DNA of 64,000 nucleotides from an uncultured Porphyromonadaceae bacterium (GTDB taxonomy: Bacteria > Bacteroidota > Bacteroidia > Bacteroidales > UBA12481), in assembly GCA_964547475.1 (NCBI GenBank), contig CAZJNQ010000005.1, forward strand, positions 17,041 to 81,040, in the 5' to 3' direction. Position numbers and translations under genes: made by a program. Below are positions 18,854 through 28,689 of the stretch, in pieces (positions within the stretch are counted from its first letter, which is position 1; each line of letters starts with the position of its first letter). Below the pieces are notes generated by a model, which worked only from the letters and a program-made list of their open reading frames with translations, did no database searches and had not been told where the DNA came from.

Positions 18854-18861
18854 TACTTTTG
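18854..18861 (+). promoter_or_regulatory. Candidate -7 box (TAnnTTTG) for recR
   Basis: TACTTTTG, 18 nt upstream of the recR ATG. Confidence 0.45.
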
Positions 18862-18878
18862 GATGATAATGAGACAGC

Positions 18879-19514
18879 ATGGAATCGTCAAAATATAACT
18901 CGAAATTACTGGAAAAGGCAGTGTTTGAATTTGCCAAGCTGCCCGGCATTGGCCGTAAGAGCGCCCTAAGGCTGGTTCTTCATTTGCTGAGGCAGAAGCC
19001 GGAGGAGATCCATTCCCTGGCCGACAGCCTCGTGCAACTCAGCAATGAAATTCATCACTGCAGGATCTGTCATAATATTTCGGATACCGAAATCTGCCCG
19101 ATCTGTTCACATCCTTCCAGGGATCATTCACAGCTCTGCGTCGTTGAAAGCATCCGCGATGTTATGGCCATTGAAGCCACACAGCAATATTCGGGATTGT
19201 ACCACGTTCTGGGCGGGATCATTTCGCCTATGGAAGGCGTCGGGCCGGCCAACCTGACAATTGGATCCCTTGGCGAACGGGTGGCATCGGGCGAGGTCAG
19301 GGAGGTCATTCTCGCCCTGAGCGCAACGATGGAAGGCGATGCTACCAACTTCTTCATCTACCGCAAGCTCTCCGGGCTCCCGGTTAAGATAACGACCCTG
19401 GCCCGGGGTGTTTCAATCGGTGACGAACTGGAGTATACCGATGAGATCACGTTGGGCCGGTCTCTCCTGAACCGAACCTTGTTCGAGGAAACCCTGCAGA
19501 ACAACAAAAAATAA
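18879..19514 (+). CDS. recR: Recombination protein RecR
   Basis: 211 aa. It has an HhH motif (..[12 protein letters not shown]..), a C4 zinc finger ([16 protein letters not shown]) and a Toprim region (..[14 protein letters not shown]..). Confidence 0.93.
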   Translation: MESSKYNSKLLEKAVFEFAKLPGIGRKSALRLVLHLLRQKPEEIHSLADSLVQLSNEIHHCRICHNISDTEICPICSHPSRDHSQLCVVESIRDVMAIEATQQYSGLYHVLGGIISPMEGVGPANLTIGSLGERVASGEVREVILALSATMEGDATNFFIYRKLSGLPVKITTLARGVSIGDELEYTDEITLGRSLLNRTLFEETLQNNKK

Positions 19515-19549
19515 TCTTCAAGCCCGAAACCCGATACCCGAAACCGTTC

Positions 19550-21529
19550 ATGGATCCCGTCAGAATATCAGTCATCATAGTCAGTTACAATGTCCGCTTC
19601 TTCCTGGAGCAGTGCCTGCAGTCGGTCAAGCGGGCAGCCAGGGACATTCCGGCGGAGGTATTTGTGGTCGACAATGATTCGGCCGACGGATCCTGCATGA
19701 TGGTGAGGGATAACTTTCCCGGTGTTGTCCTGATCGAGAACAAGGACAATGTAGGATTCTCGAAGGCAAACAACCAGGCCATGAGGCTCGCCTCCGGGGA
19801 ATTTGTCCTCATTCTCAATCCCGATACGGTGGTTGAGGAGGATGCCTTCCACAAGATCCTGGATTTCATGGACAACCACCCCGATGCAGGAGCCCTGGGC
19901 GTTAAGATGATCGACGGGAAAGGACGGTTTCTCCCCGAATCCAAGCGTTCGCTTCCAACCCCGGCCGTTTCTTTTTACAAAATGTCCGGGCTGTCAGCCC
20001 TGTTTCCTAAGTCAAGGAAATTTGGCCGTTACCATCTCGGTTTCCTCAGCCCGGAGGAAGTGCACGCCATCGACATCCTGCCGGGAGCTTTCATGTTCAT
20101 CCGAAAAACCGTCCTGGACCGGGTGGGATTGTTCGATGAAAGCTATTTCATGTACGGCGAGGACATTGACCTGTCATACCGCATCCTTCAGGCCGGCTAC
20201 CGGAATTATTACTTTCCCGGAACCACGATCATCCATTACAAGGGGGAAAGCACGCGAAAGGGCAGCGTCAATTATGTCCTGATGTTTTACCAGGCCATGA
20301 TCATCTTTGCCAATAAATATTTCTCCCGATCCAACGCCCGCTGGTTTTCGTTGATCATTAAGCTCTCAGTTTATTTCAGAGCCGCACTCAGCCTGCTCAG
20401 GAGGTTGGTTGCGCGTTTCAGCCTGCCCCTGTTGGATGCAGCGATCATCTTTGCGGGGTTCGTCCTGATCAATCCCCTGTGGGAATCCTTTAAATTCAGC
20501 ACCGGCGGGCATCACCCTCCCGAATTCCTGAGGGTCTTTGTGCCCGCCTATATATTGGTCTGGCTGGTTTCCATTTATTTCTCCGGCGGATACGATCAGC
20601 CGGTCAGGATCAGGAAGATAGTCAGGGGTATTTTGTACGGAACCGCCCTGATCCTGGTGATCTACTCACTTCTGCCTGAAATCTACCGTTTCTCAAGAGC
20701 GCTCATCCTTCTGGGATCCATTTGGGTGTTTTTTTTCCTGATACTGGAACGCCTGATCCTTCACTTTCTTCGCTTCCCGGGATTCGCGCTGGACCTGGGT
20801 GCCCGAAAACGGACCGCCATCGTCGGCCGGGAAGCGGAAACCGACCGCATCAGCCGGCTGCTTGGCCAAACGGGCCGGCCTGTGCAGGTTGTAGGATTTA
20901 TCAACCCGGATGAAAACAACCTCCTGGCAAGCGGTTACCTCGGTACCCTGAGCCAGATCCGTGAAATCATCCGGATCAACCATGTGGATGAGATCATCTT
21001 CTGCTCCAGAGACCTCAGCATTAATGAAATCATCCGCAATATGCTGAACCTGGGCTCCATGCAGACTGATTACAAGATCGCCCCGGATGCTACCGATTCA
21101 ATTATCGGGAGCAATTCCATCAACAGGTCCGGGGATCTCTATGTCATACCCATCCACTCGGTAGGCGAACCGCAGAACCGGCGGTTGAAAAGGCTTTTTG
21201 ATTTCATGACAGCCCTGGTCCTGCTTGCGTTGTCGCCAGTCGTAGCCTGGTTTTACTGGCCCCGTTCCCTGAACTTCCTCTGGAATTGCATCCTGGTGCT
21301 CTCCGGAAAACGGTCCTGGATCGGCTACCATCCCGATGGGATGCTCCCCGGTTATCACCTTCCGGCCATTAAAAAAGGCATTATGCCTCCTGCCGGCCGC
21401 AGAACCGGCGATAATACCTCCACCGAAGGGTGGCTGGATAGTAACCTGCGCTATGCACGTGATTTCACGATGTATCGTGAATTCGTGCTATTCTTCAGAA
21501 GTTTCGGGAATCTGGGAGACCGGATGTAA
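19550..21529 (+). CDS. Family 2 glycosyltransferase fused to a WbaP-like membrane/Rossmann module with a degenerate sugar-transferase tail
   Basis: 659 aa. The N-terminal GT2 domain has ISVIIVSYN....L..CL.S......EV.VVDN.S.DGS and ..NVGFSKANNQ... It is followed by about 5 hydrophobic helices and a Rossmann-like segment (TAIVGREAETDRI..VQVVGFINPD...VDEIIFC). The tail RRLKRLFDFMTALVLLALSPVV...LNFLWNCILVLSGKRSWIGYHP resembles the first helix and the LPQLWNVL.G.MS.VGPRP motif of polyprenyl-phosphate sugar transferases, but lacks the intervening core. Confidence 0.65.
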   Translation: MDPVRISVIIVSYNVRFFLEQCLQSVKRAARDIPAEVFVVDNDSADGSCMMVRDNFPGVVLIENKDNVGFSKANNQAMRLASGEFVLILNPDTVVEEDAFHKILDFMDNHPDAGALGVKMIDGKGRFLPESKRSLPTPAVSFYKMSGLSALFPKSRKFGRYHLGFLSPEEVHAIDILPGAFMFIRKTVLDRVGLFDESYFMYGEDIDLSYRILQAGYRNYYFPGTTIIHYKGESTRKGSVNYVLMFYQAMIIFANKYFSRSNARWFSLIIKLSVYFRAALSLLRRLVARFSLPLLDAAIIFAGFVLINPLWESFKFSTGGHHPPEFLRVFVPAYILVWLVSIYFSGGYDQPVRIRKIVRGILYGTALILVIYSLLPEIYRFSRALILLGSIWVFFFLILERLILHFLRFPGFALDLGARKRTAIVGREAETDRISRLLGQTGRPVQVVGFINPDENNLLASGYLGTLSQIREIIRINHVDEIIFCSRDLSINEIIRNMLNLGSMQTDYKIAPDATDSIIGSNSINRSGDLYVIPIHSVGEPQNRRLKRLFDFMTALVLLALSPVVAWFYWPRSLNFLWNCILVLSGKRSWIGYHPDGMLPGYHLPAIKKGIMPPAGRRTGDNTSTEGWLDSNLRYARDFTMYREFVLFFRSFGNLGDRM

Positions 21530-21570
21530 TTTTTATATCTTTAATCAAAGGTATGGGTCGGAATCAGTTC

Positions 21571-22485
21571 ATGAAAAAGGTGTTGCTATTATTATCGGTA
21601 TTCAGCCTGACGGTGTTCCTTCCTGCACAGGACTTCAGGGACCAGTTGAACCTGATCCGCCCAAAACCCGGAAATTGCCTCATTTACGGACCTATTACGT
21701 TTGATCAGAAGGTCAACTTCTCTGATGCCACTGTCACCCTCCTGGATGTCCGTACTCACGAAACGCTGGAAAAGATCACCAGTGACTCCCAGGGCTGGTA
21801 CCTCTTCTCGGTTATCAAAGGGAGAAAGCAAGCCTTGCTGATCGAAAAGGATGGGTTCTTCCCCTATTACCGCGAAATCCTGATACCGGTTGATGTCCCG
21901 GAATCCGCAATGGAAATGGCCATAGTGCTGCCGCCGGATCTGAGGAATGTTTATGCATTATATTATGTTCCGATGGATACCGTTGCCGGTTCCAACAGCC
22001 AACTGCTGATCGACCGGTTGACCCGTCTGCTGGTACATAATCCGGAACTGCAGATCCGTTTTGAATCCCTGGGTGACTCGCTCGATCCGGTCAGGATAAA
22101 CCAATTGACTGCCAGGTTCATGGACCATGGAATCAGGTCGGACCACTTGATGGTAGGAACCGATGCCGATACCCTGCCAACCGGACTCCTGGTCGAGATA
22201 CGCATCGGCAGGGAGGATCTGGCCGAAAGAGGATCTGAAGGGGTCCCCGATTTAAGCGACGACGACTGGACCATCCAGTTTGCAGCTTCAAGATCCACCT
22301 TGCCTGAAAAAAACTATCGCGGGCTGGACCCGGTTTTTGAGTTCAAGGGGAAAGATGGATTCTACCGTTATACCTATGGAGGTTTTGGGTCCCGTGAAGA
22401 AGCAGTTCAGAAACTCTCAATGGTGAAGAAAAAAGGATTCCCTCAGGCATTTACAAAAAAGGCCGGGGCCATACGGAAATTATAA
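21571..22485 (+). CDS. Secreted protein with a CarboxypepD_reg-like N-terminal domain and a C-terminal SPOR domain
   Basis: Starts at the ATG at 21571 (MKKVLLLLSVFSLTVFLPAQ). The segment ..ATVTLLDVRTHETLEKITSDSQGWYLFSVIKG.. is a Cna/CarboxypepD_reg-like beta-sandwich. The C-terminus DWTIQFAASRS......GLDPVFEFKGKDGFYRYTYGGFGSREEAVQKLSMVKKKGFPQAF is SPOR-like. Confidence 0.6.
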   Translation: MKKVLLLLSVFSLTVFLPAQDFRDQLNLIRPKPGNCLIYGPITFDQKVNFSDATVTLLDVRTHETLEKITSDSQGWYLFSVIKGRKQALLIEKDGFFPYYREILIPVDVPESAMEMAIVLPPDLRNVYALYYVPMDTVAGSNSQLLIDRLTRLLVHNPELQIRFESLGDSLDPVRINQLTARFMDHGIRSDHLMVGTDADTLPTGLLVEIRIGREDLAERGSEGVPDLSDDDWTIQFAASRSTLPEKNYRGLDPVFEFKGKDGFYRYTYGGFGSREEAVQKLSMVKKKGFPQAFTKKAGAIRKL

Positions 22486-22488
22486 GCC

Positions 22489-23040
22489 ATGGAAGCATTA
22501 AAAGGCAAGCTCGTTAAACTGCGGGCGCTGGAACCGGAAGATGAAGGCATCCTCCTGCGCTGGGAGAATGATCCTGCCATCTGGCAGGTCAGCAATACCT
22601 TTTCCCCTTTTTCAAGGCATATCCTGCGACAATACCTGGCCCAGGCACACCTGGATATTTTCCAGGCCAAGCAACTCCGGCTGGTAATTGAGATCCAGGA
22701 AACCCTCCAGCCGGTCGGAATGATAGACGTCTTCGACTATGACCCGTTCCACCAGCGCGCCGGAATAGGAATCCTGATCAGTGAACCGGACCAGCGTAAC
22801 AAGGGATATGCAGGCGATGCCCTGGCCACCCTGCTCCATTATGCTTTCACCGTTCTTCTTCTGAACCAGGTCTACTGTTCGATAGATGAAACCAACACTA
22901 TCAGCCTCAGGCTTTTCGCGAAAGCCGGATTCCGGATCACCGGCAACAAGGAAGCATGGAACCGGGGGAAAGACGGGTATTCCAACGAATGGTTCCTGCA
23001 GATCACTTACAAAGACTGGTCTGTGAGAGCGGAAAACTGA
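22489..23040 (+). CDS. GNAT family N-acetyltransferase
   Basis: 183 aa. ..LRALEPED...L..WEND... and ..R..G.G...I......NKGYAGDAL..LL.YAF..L.L..V...... match the RimJ/SpeG-like GNAT pattern. Confidence 0.8.
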   Translation: MEALKGKLVKLRALEPEDEGILLRWENDPAIWQVSNTFSPFSRHILRQYLAQAHLDIFQAKQLRLVIEIQETLQPVGMIDVFDYDPFHQRAGIGILISEPDQRNKGYAGDALATLLHYAFTVLLLNQVYCSIDETNTISLRLFAKAGFRITGNKEAWNRGKDGYSNEWFLQITYKDWSVRAEN

Positions 23041-23471
23041 GGAACCTGCTTCAGGAAACTGTATTGGCCGGGTGAGGTGTCAAACCGGATGCAAAAATGG
23101 CCGAGCCCATTTGTCACGATCAGGAACCTGACACCCAATACCAGATTGTAACGTGCGACCTGATCGAAAACCTTCTGGTTCAACATGACAGACGGTGATT
23201 TGCACTCCACGAGCAAAACCGGTTCTCCCAAACGGTTATAGACGACCACATCGCATCTCCGGCTGAGATTGTTCAGGACGATGGTCTGCTCCAGCAGCAT
23301 TAACGAACGGGGATAACCACATTCGGAAACCAGGTATTCAGCGAAATTCTGCCTGACCCATTCCTCGGGGGTCAGGGAAACCCAGCGTTCTCTGAAGTTG
23401 TCAAAAATCAGGTCCCTTCCGTTCTCCGATTTTATATTGAATGAATAAGTTGGTAAATTTAGCCGCTGCAT
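23007..23471 (-). CDS. Type I restriction enzyme HsdR N-terminal domain-containing protein (stand-alone, PD-(D/E)xK-like)
   Basis: MQRLNLPTYSFNIKSENGRDLIFDNFRERWVSLTPEEWVRQNF..YL....GYP..L...E..I..N...RRCDVVVYN..GEPVLLVECK. The track start at 23492 is a TTG. ATGs occur at 23483 and 23471, and I prefer 23471 by analogy with family N-termini. There are no hsdM, hsdS or hsdR catalytic genes nearby. Confidence 0.7.
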   Translation of the reverse strand: MQRLNLPTYSFNIKSENGRDLIFDNFRERWVSLTPEEWVRQNFAEYLVSECGYPRSLMLLEQTIVLNNLSRRCDVVVYNRLGEPVLLVECKSPSVMLNQKVFDQVARYNLVLGVRFLIVTNGLGHFCIRFDTSPGQYSFLKQVPQFSALTDQSL

Positions 23472-23519
23472 AATCTGGCTCATCAATCGCAAAGATATTG
23501 ATCACAGCGCATCCGCCAC

Positions 23520-24287
23520 ATGAAAACGAAAGAGGAAATAGTTGAAAACTGGCTTCCCAGGTACACCGGGCGTAAGCTGGAAGATTTTACCCGGTTCATC
23601 ATTCTCACCAACTTCAACGAATACGTGGAAGCTTTCGCCAGGATGAACGATACCCAGGTGGTCAGGGGTGTGAATATGCCCAATGCCTCCGCCGGTGGGA
23701 TCACCATGATCAATTTCGGCATGGGCTCAGCCAATGCGGCCACCATCATGGACCTGTTGAGTGCCGTTCACCCCAAAGCATGCCTGTTCCTGGGAAAATG
23801 CGGCGGCCTCAAGAGAAAGAACAAAGTCGGTGACCTGATCCTCCCGATCGCAGCTGTCCGCAGCGAAGGTACTTCTGATGATTACCTGCCGCCCGAAGTG
23901 CCTGCACTTCCGGCTTTCATGCTGCAACGGGCCGTCTCTTCGGCAATCAGGGATTACGGCCGCGATTATTTCACCGGAACGGTTTACACCACCAACAAGC
24001 GGGTTTGGGAATATGACGAGCGGTTCAAGAAATACCTGGCCAAAACAAGATCCATGGCCATCGACATGGAAACGGCTACTATATTCATCGTGGGCTTTTA
24101 CAACGAAATACCTGCCGGAGCCCTTCTTCTGGTATCGGACCAGCCCATGATTTCATCGGGCGTCAAAACAGAGGAGAGCGACAGGGAGGTTTCGAAAAAA
24201 TACGTCGCCGATCACCTGAACATAGGCATTCATGCCATGAATGAAATCATCGGCCGGGGACGTTCAGTCAAGCATTTACAGTTTTAA
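23520..24287 (+). CDS. AMP nucleosidase-like (short, catalytic PNP_UDP_1 domain only)
   Basis: 255 aa: ..IVENWLPRYTG..LE.F...I.LTNF..YV..FA.......G.NM.NAS..GIT.INFGMGS.NAAT.MDLL.....A.LFLGKCGGL....VGD..LP.AA.R.EGTS..Y.. Confidence 0.75.
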   Translation: MKTKEEIVENWLPRYTGRKLEDFTRFIILTNFNEYVEAFARMNDTQVVRGVNMPNASAGGITMINFGMGSANAATIMDLLSAVHPKACLFLGKCGGLKRKNKVGDLILPIAAVRSEGTSDDYLPPEVPALPAFMLQRAVSSAIRDYGRDYFTGTVYTTNKRVWEYDERFKKYLAKTRSMAIDMETATIFIVGFYNEIPAGALLLVSDQPMISSGVKTEESDREVSKKYVADHLNIGIHAMNEIIGRGRSVKHLQF

Positions 24288-24300
24288 CCTTTTTTACAGG

Positions 24301-25305
24301 ATGGCGAGCTTAGAACAGATCCTTTCGGATATCAACAATCGGAAATTCTTCCCGATCTACCTGCTGATGGGTCCAGAACCCTATTTCATCGACCAGATTT
24401 CGGATCTGATACAGACCAGCGTTCTTACTGAAGACCAGAAAGCATTCAACCTGAATATCGTCTATGGCAAGGACCTTGACGGTACCCAGGTGGACAACAT
24501 TGCCCGCCGGTTTCCGATGGGGGCCGATTACAACGTGGTAATAGTCAAGGAAGCCCAGATGCTTCAAAAAATCGACAACCTGCAGTACTATGCACAGGGT
24601 CCGCTGAAATCAACCATCCTCGTTCTTTGCTACAAGTATGACGATCTTGACAAACGAAAAAAACTCTTCAAGGCTATCGAAAATAACGGTGTCATCCTGG
24701 CGACCAAAAAGATCTATGAAGATAAAATACCCGCCTGGATTGAATCCAACCTGAAGAAAAGGGGATACCATATCGAGCCCGGTGCAGCCATGATCCTGAC
24801 TGAATGCCTGGGGAACGACCTGGCCCGGGTGACGGGCGAGATAGAAAAGCTCCTGATCACCCTGCCCGATTCGCAAGCGACCATAACTTCCGCCCATATC
24901 GAGGAAAATGTGGGGATCAGCAAGGACTTTAACAGCTTCGAACTGGTCAAGGCGCTTGCCAGAAAGAACATCCTGAAGGCAAACCGCATCATCAATTATC
25001 TGGCGGATAATCAAAAAAACGTACCCATCAGCCTGACGATCTCATCGCTGTTTTATTTCTTTGGCAAGCTGCTTGCTTACCATTTCCTGCAAGATAAAAA
25101 GACTCGTTCAGTGGCCACTGCCCTGGGTGTCAATGCTTACTTCGTGCCTGATTATGAGCAGGCCAGCAGGTATTATCAACGGAAAAAGGTCACTGAGATC
25201 ATCTCCCTGCTGCGGGAATATGACCTGAAATCCAAAGGATTCGGAGATGTGACCACGGAAGAAGGGGATCTTATGAAAGAACTGATATTCAAAATATTGC
25301 ACTAA
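24301..25305 (+). CDS. holA: DNA polymerase III subunit delta
   Basis: Starts at the ATG at 24301 (MASLEQILSDINNRKFFPIYLLMGPEPYFIDQISDLI..). It is about 334 aa with a typical HolA N-terminus. The 24241 start in the track overlaps the preceding gene. Confidence 0.85.
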   Translation: MASLEQILSDINNRKFFPIYLLMGPEPYFIDQISDLIQTSVLTEDQKAFNLNIVYGKDLDGTQVDNIARRFPMGADYNVVIVKEAQMLQKIDNLQYYAQGPLKSTILVLCYKYDDLDKRKKLFKAIENNGVILATKKIYEDKIPAWIESNLKKRGYHIEPGAAMILTECLGNDLARVTGEIEKLLITLPDSQATITSAHIEENVGISKDFNSFELVKALARKNILKANRIINYLADNQKNVPISLTISSLFYFFGKLLAYHFLQDKKTRSVATALGVNAYFVPDYEQASRYYQRKKVTEIISLLREYDLKSKGFGDVTTEEGDLMKELIFKILH

Positions 25306-25315
25306 CAACTGCCTG

Positions 25316-25921
25316 ATGACCCTCATCCTGATTGTACTGACATCCATTTTCTCAATCCTGGCTTTCCGGCAGCATAGCCTGATTTACAAATACCAGTTCA
25401 ATCCATACCAGATCCTTAAAAGGAAGCAATATGCCCGGCTGATCCTGCACGCTTTTCTCCATGCCAACTGGACGCACCTGATCGTGAACATGCTGGTCCT
25501 GTATAGCTTCGGTACCGTCCTTGAAAAGTATTTCCAGACTTTCTTCGGCAACCGCTGGATCCCCTATTTCCTGTTCCTCTATTTCGGAGCCATCCTCGTT
25601 TCACCCCTGTTTGCACTGATCAGGAACAAAAACAACTACCTCTACAACGCGGTCGGAGCATCGGGAGCCGTTTCCGCTGTGCTGTTCGCCGCTATTTTTT
25701 TCGATCCCTGGAACCTGATCTATTTCTTCGGGCTGGTACCGGTCCCCGGCATCATCTTTGGCTTTCTCTACCTGTTGTACAGCTGGATCATGAGCCGGAA
25801 GGGACAGGACAACGTGGCGCATGACACGCACTTCTTCGGCGCTGTTTTCGGTTTCCTTGTTCCCGTCATTCTGAATCCGGATTTGCTGATCTACTTCATC
25901 AGACAACTGACCGGTTCGTGA
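25316..25921 (+). CDS. Rhomboid family intramembrane serine protease
   Basis: 201 aa with 6 hydrophobic helices. It has HANWTHL.VNM, a GxSG catalytic motif (GASGAVSAVLFA) and a downstream His (HFFGAVFGF). Confidence 0.85.
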   Translation: MTLILIVLTSIFSILAFRQHSLIYKYQFNPYQILKRKQYARLILHAFLHANWTHLIVNMLVLYSFGTVLEKYFQTFFGNRWIPYFLFLYFGAILVSPLFALIRNKNNYLYNAVGASGAVSAVLFAAIFFDPWNLIYFFGLVPVPGIIFGFLYLLYSWIMSRKGQDNVAHDTHFFGAVFGFLVPVILNPDLLIYFIRQLTGS

Positions 25922-26805
25922 TGGTAAAAAACAGCTATTTGCTCTATAACGGTGTCCTTATGGCCCGTGAATCCTGGAAACAGGAAGCCGATGAACTGCT
26001 ACTGTCTTTCGGGCAGGGGGTACGTACCGATTTTTTTGCCAGCGGGAACCGCATACCCTTCCTGATGGCCCAGCTTGAGCTGTTAAAAAAAAGGTTCTCA
26101 TCGGTTGGGTGGGTTCTTCCGGGTGAGCTGGAATATCAGGAACTGAAAACCCGGTTCGAACGACTCCTGAATAGAAACAGGCTCTTCAAGGGCAGCCTCA
26201 TCCGTCTCCTGGTGCTCCCGGTTCCCGGTTCGAGGGAGATGGATGGCAATCCCGTATTCAGCTACCTGGCCTCGACAAAAGAACTGGATCACGATTATTT
26301 CCCGCTCAACGCAAAAGGCTTGTCCATTGGAATCTCCACTCAGTACAAAAACACCGGAGAACCGTTTTACAGCTCAATGGTCCGCAGCCCGTTACGGACC
26401 TTGCTGATCCGTCAGGAAGCAGCCCGTAACGGATGGGATGATATCCTGCTCCTGGACTATAATGACCATGTTTCGGAGGCTTCCGAGAGCAATGTATTCA
26501 TCAGGATAAACGATCAGGTCATCACTCCTGCACCCGGCAACAACTGCCTGCCGAGGGTGGTTGCCCATTTATTGCCCGAGTGGATAGTGGAGGAAGGATA
26601 CCGGTTTTCTGAAATGTCAGCGATCCGGCCGGAAGACCTGCAGCAAGCCGATGAGGTGTTCCTGGTTAGTGACCTCCAGGGAATCAGGTGGGTGCTTTCA
26701 TATGAAACGAAGAGATACTACCGCAAATTATCCGTCCTGCTCAGTGACAAGCTGGCCAGCCGGATGCGGAACCTGGATCAGTTCCATATCGGATCCTCGG
26801 GATAG
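25921..26805 (+). CDS. Class IV aminotransferase fold protein (aminodeoxychorismate lyase/BCAT-like)
   Basis: The ATG at 25921 overlaps the rhomboid stop (gTGATGg). The motif ..ASESNVFIRINDQVITP......LPRVV.. is class-IV-like, and the protein is about 294 aa. Confidence 0.6.
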   Translation: MVKNSYLLYNGVLMARESWKQEADELLLSFGQGVRTDFFASGNRIPFLMAQLELLKKRFSSVGWVLPGELEYQELKTRFERLLNRNRLFKGSLIRLLVLPVPGSREMDGNPVFSYLASTKELDHDYFPLNAKGLSIGISTQYKNTGEPFYSSMVRSPLRTLLIRQEAARNGWDDILLLDYNDHVSEASESNVFIRINDQVITPAPGNNCLPRVVAHLLPEWIVEEGYRFSEMSAIRPEDLQQADEVFLVSDLQGIRWVLSYETKRYYRKLSVLLSDKLASRMRNLDQFHIGSSG

Positions 26806-27368
26806 CGGGTCCACATTTTATATCTTTCCTCTTCCTTCATCAGGATATTTTCCCATAACCGGAAGTCGCTGCCATGCATCACATCGAGGCTGTCGATATC
26901 CGTTACGAGCCAGGAATTATCCGCGATCTCCTTATCGAGCTGGCCGGGGTACCAGCTCGAGTAACCGACGAAAAAACGGATTTGATGGGCAGCGATCCAT
27001 CCTTCGCGGATTCCGGCCTTAACCATATCCAGGTCCCCGCCCCAGAAAACCTCCTCCAGAACCTCCTGGCATTCCGGTATCATGTGTCCCAGTGTATGAA
27101 GATAATGCACGGTATCCGTGCGGACAGGTCCTCCGATTGAGATCAGGGAGTCAATGGGCGGGAAATCCTTGAGGATCTCCTCAATCCTGAAATCAATGGG
27201 ATTATTCAGGACAAAGCCCAGGGTGCCTTCATCATCATGTTCGGTAAGTAAAACCACGGACCGCTTGAAATAGGAATCCTGAAGGAATGGTTCCGCCACG
27301 AGCGCCTTCCCGCGAGCCGGCAAAACATTATTGTGCTGGATCTTAAAGAAATCCAAGTTCTCTTTCAT
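26778..27368 (-). CDS. YqgE/AlgH family protein (UPF0301)
   Basis: 196 aa: ..G..LVAEPFL.DSYF.RSVVLL.EHD.EG..GFVLN.P........L........I..GGPV.......LH.. Confidence 0.85.
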   Translation of the reverse strand: MKENLDFFKIQHNNVLPARGKALVAEPFLQDSYFKRSVVLLTEHDDEGTLGFVLNNPIDFRIEEILKDFPPIDSLISIGGPVRTDTVHYLHTLGHMIPECQEVLEEVFWGGDLDMVKAGIREGWIAAHQIRFFVGYSSWYPGQLDKEIADNSWLVTDIDSLDVMHGSDFRLWENILMKEEERYKMWTRYPEDPIWN

Positions 27369-27438
27369 CTGGCAACCCCGATAAACATCACTAAAATAGA
27401 GATTTTTTTTACTTTAGTACGGAATAACTACAGAGTCA

Positions 27439-28635
27439 ATGCCACACCCAGATCCGGCTGTCCGTGTTCAGGATACACTCAGAACCATGGAACATGATGG
27501 CGTCAATCCGGCCATCACCGATTCATCCACCTTTCAATTTGAGACGGGCAACTCGATGACGGCCTGTTTTGATGGAAAGCTTGAAGGATGTTTTTTGTAC
27601 GGAAGGCACTGGAATCCCACCAACCTGATCCTGTCCAGGGCGATTGCCGCCCTGGAAAACAGCGAATCCGCATGGGTGACGGCGTCGGGAATGGCTGCCA
27701 TCACTAATGTGATCCTTCAAATCTGCTCCTCGGGCGATCATATCATAACCAGTGTCACTTCCTATGGCGGCACTTATGCTTTCTTCAAAAACCTCCTGCC
27801 CCGGTTTAACATCGAGGTGTCATTCGTTGACATTTCGGATCTGTCAGCCGTGGAGGCCGCCATTCGCCCCGCAACCAAGGTCATCTATACGGAATCCCTG
27901 ACCAACCCCCTCCTTGTGGTGGCCGATTTGCCCAAACTGGCCGGGATCGCGCACGCTCACGGCATAAAACTGGTGGTCGACAACACCTTTTCCCCGATGA
28001 TCATCACGCCGGTAGATCATGGCGCTGACGTGGTGGTCCATTCACTCACCAAATTCATAAACGGCAAGAGCGATTGCATTGCAGGCGTGATTTGCGCGGA
28101 TACAGACTTCATCAGCAGCATTTCCGATGTGAACAGCGGGGTTTCAATGCTCCTGGGGCCGGTTCTTGATCCCATGAGGTCCTCGTCCATCCACAAGAAC
28201 CTCTTCACTCTTCATATCCGGATGCAAAAGCACGGTCATAACGCCGCTTTCATCGCGGAAAAATTCAAAAGCATGGGATACCCGGTCATTTACCCCGGTC
28301 TGAAGAGCCATCGGCAGCACGAACTGATGAAATCACTCATGAATCCGGGATATGGCTTCGGCGGCATACTGGCAGTTGACCTGGGAACACGCGAAAAAGC
28401 CAATGCTTTCATGGTTGGGATGCAGAAAAGGCATATCGGCTACCTGGCAGTGAGCCTCGGTTATTATAAAACCCTCTTTTCCAATTCGGGATCCAGCACC
28501 TCCTCGGAGATTCCCGAAGAGGTCCAGCGATCCATGGGGCTTTCAGAAGGATTGGTCAGGATTTCCATGGGCCTGGACCAGGATATCGAACGCACCTGGG
28601 ACGGGATCCAGGAATCGTTGGCCGAATTATCATAG
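27439..28635 (+). CDS. Cys/Met-metabolism PLP-dependent enzyme (trans-sulfuration / gamma-lyase family)
   Basis: 398 aa: ..Y.R..NPT...L...IA.LE..E.A....SGMAAI........GDHI......YGGT...F......I.V.FVD... and the PLP-lysine region VVHSLTKFINGKSD. Confidence 0.75.
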   Translation: MPHPDPAVRVQDTLRTMEHDGVNPAITDSSTFQFETGNSMTACFDGKLEGCFLYGRHWNPTNLILSRAIAALENSESAWVTASGMAAITNVILQICSSGDHIITSVTSYGGTYAFFKNLLPRFNIEVSFVDISDLSAVEAAIRPATKVIYTESLTNPLLVVADLPKLAGIAHAHGIKLVVDNTFSPMIITPVDHGADVVVHSLTKFINGKSDCIAGVICADTDFISSISDVNSGVSMLLGPVLDPMRSSSIHKNLFTLHIRMQKHGHNAAFIAEKFKSMGYPVIYPGLKSHRQHELMKSLMNPGYGFGGILAVDLGTREKANAFMVGMQKRHIGYLAVSLGYYKTLFSNSGSSTSSEIPEEVQRSMGLSEGLVRISMGLDQDIERTWDGIQESLAELS

Positions 28636-28689
28636 GTTGTGACAGAACCATTCTGGATCAGGATTGTTTTATTTTGACAACTGGAATCA

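Noticed and set aside
23007-23492. HsdR N-terminal domain protein as a hint of a restriction-modification or defence locus.
   Set aside because: It is a stand-alone ~155-aa domain protein with no methylase, specificity or helicase/nuclease genes nearby. Its neighbours are housekeeping genes (GNAT, AMP nucleosidase, holA). This stand-alone form is common in Bacteroidota.
27369-27438. Possible SAM or other riboswitch upstream of the Cys/Met-metabolism PLP enzyme.
   Set aside because: The spacer is only 70 nt and AT-rich. It has none of the conserved helices or motifs of the SAM-I, SAM-II or SAM-SAH classes that I can recognise.
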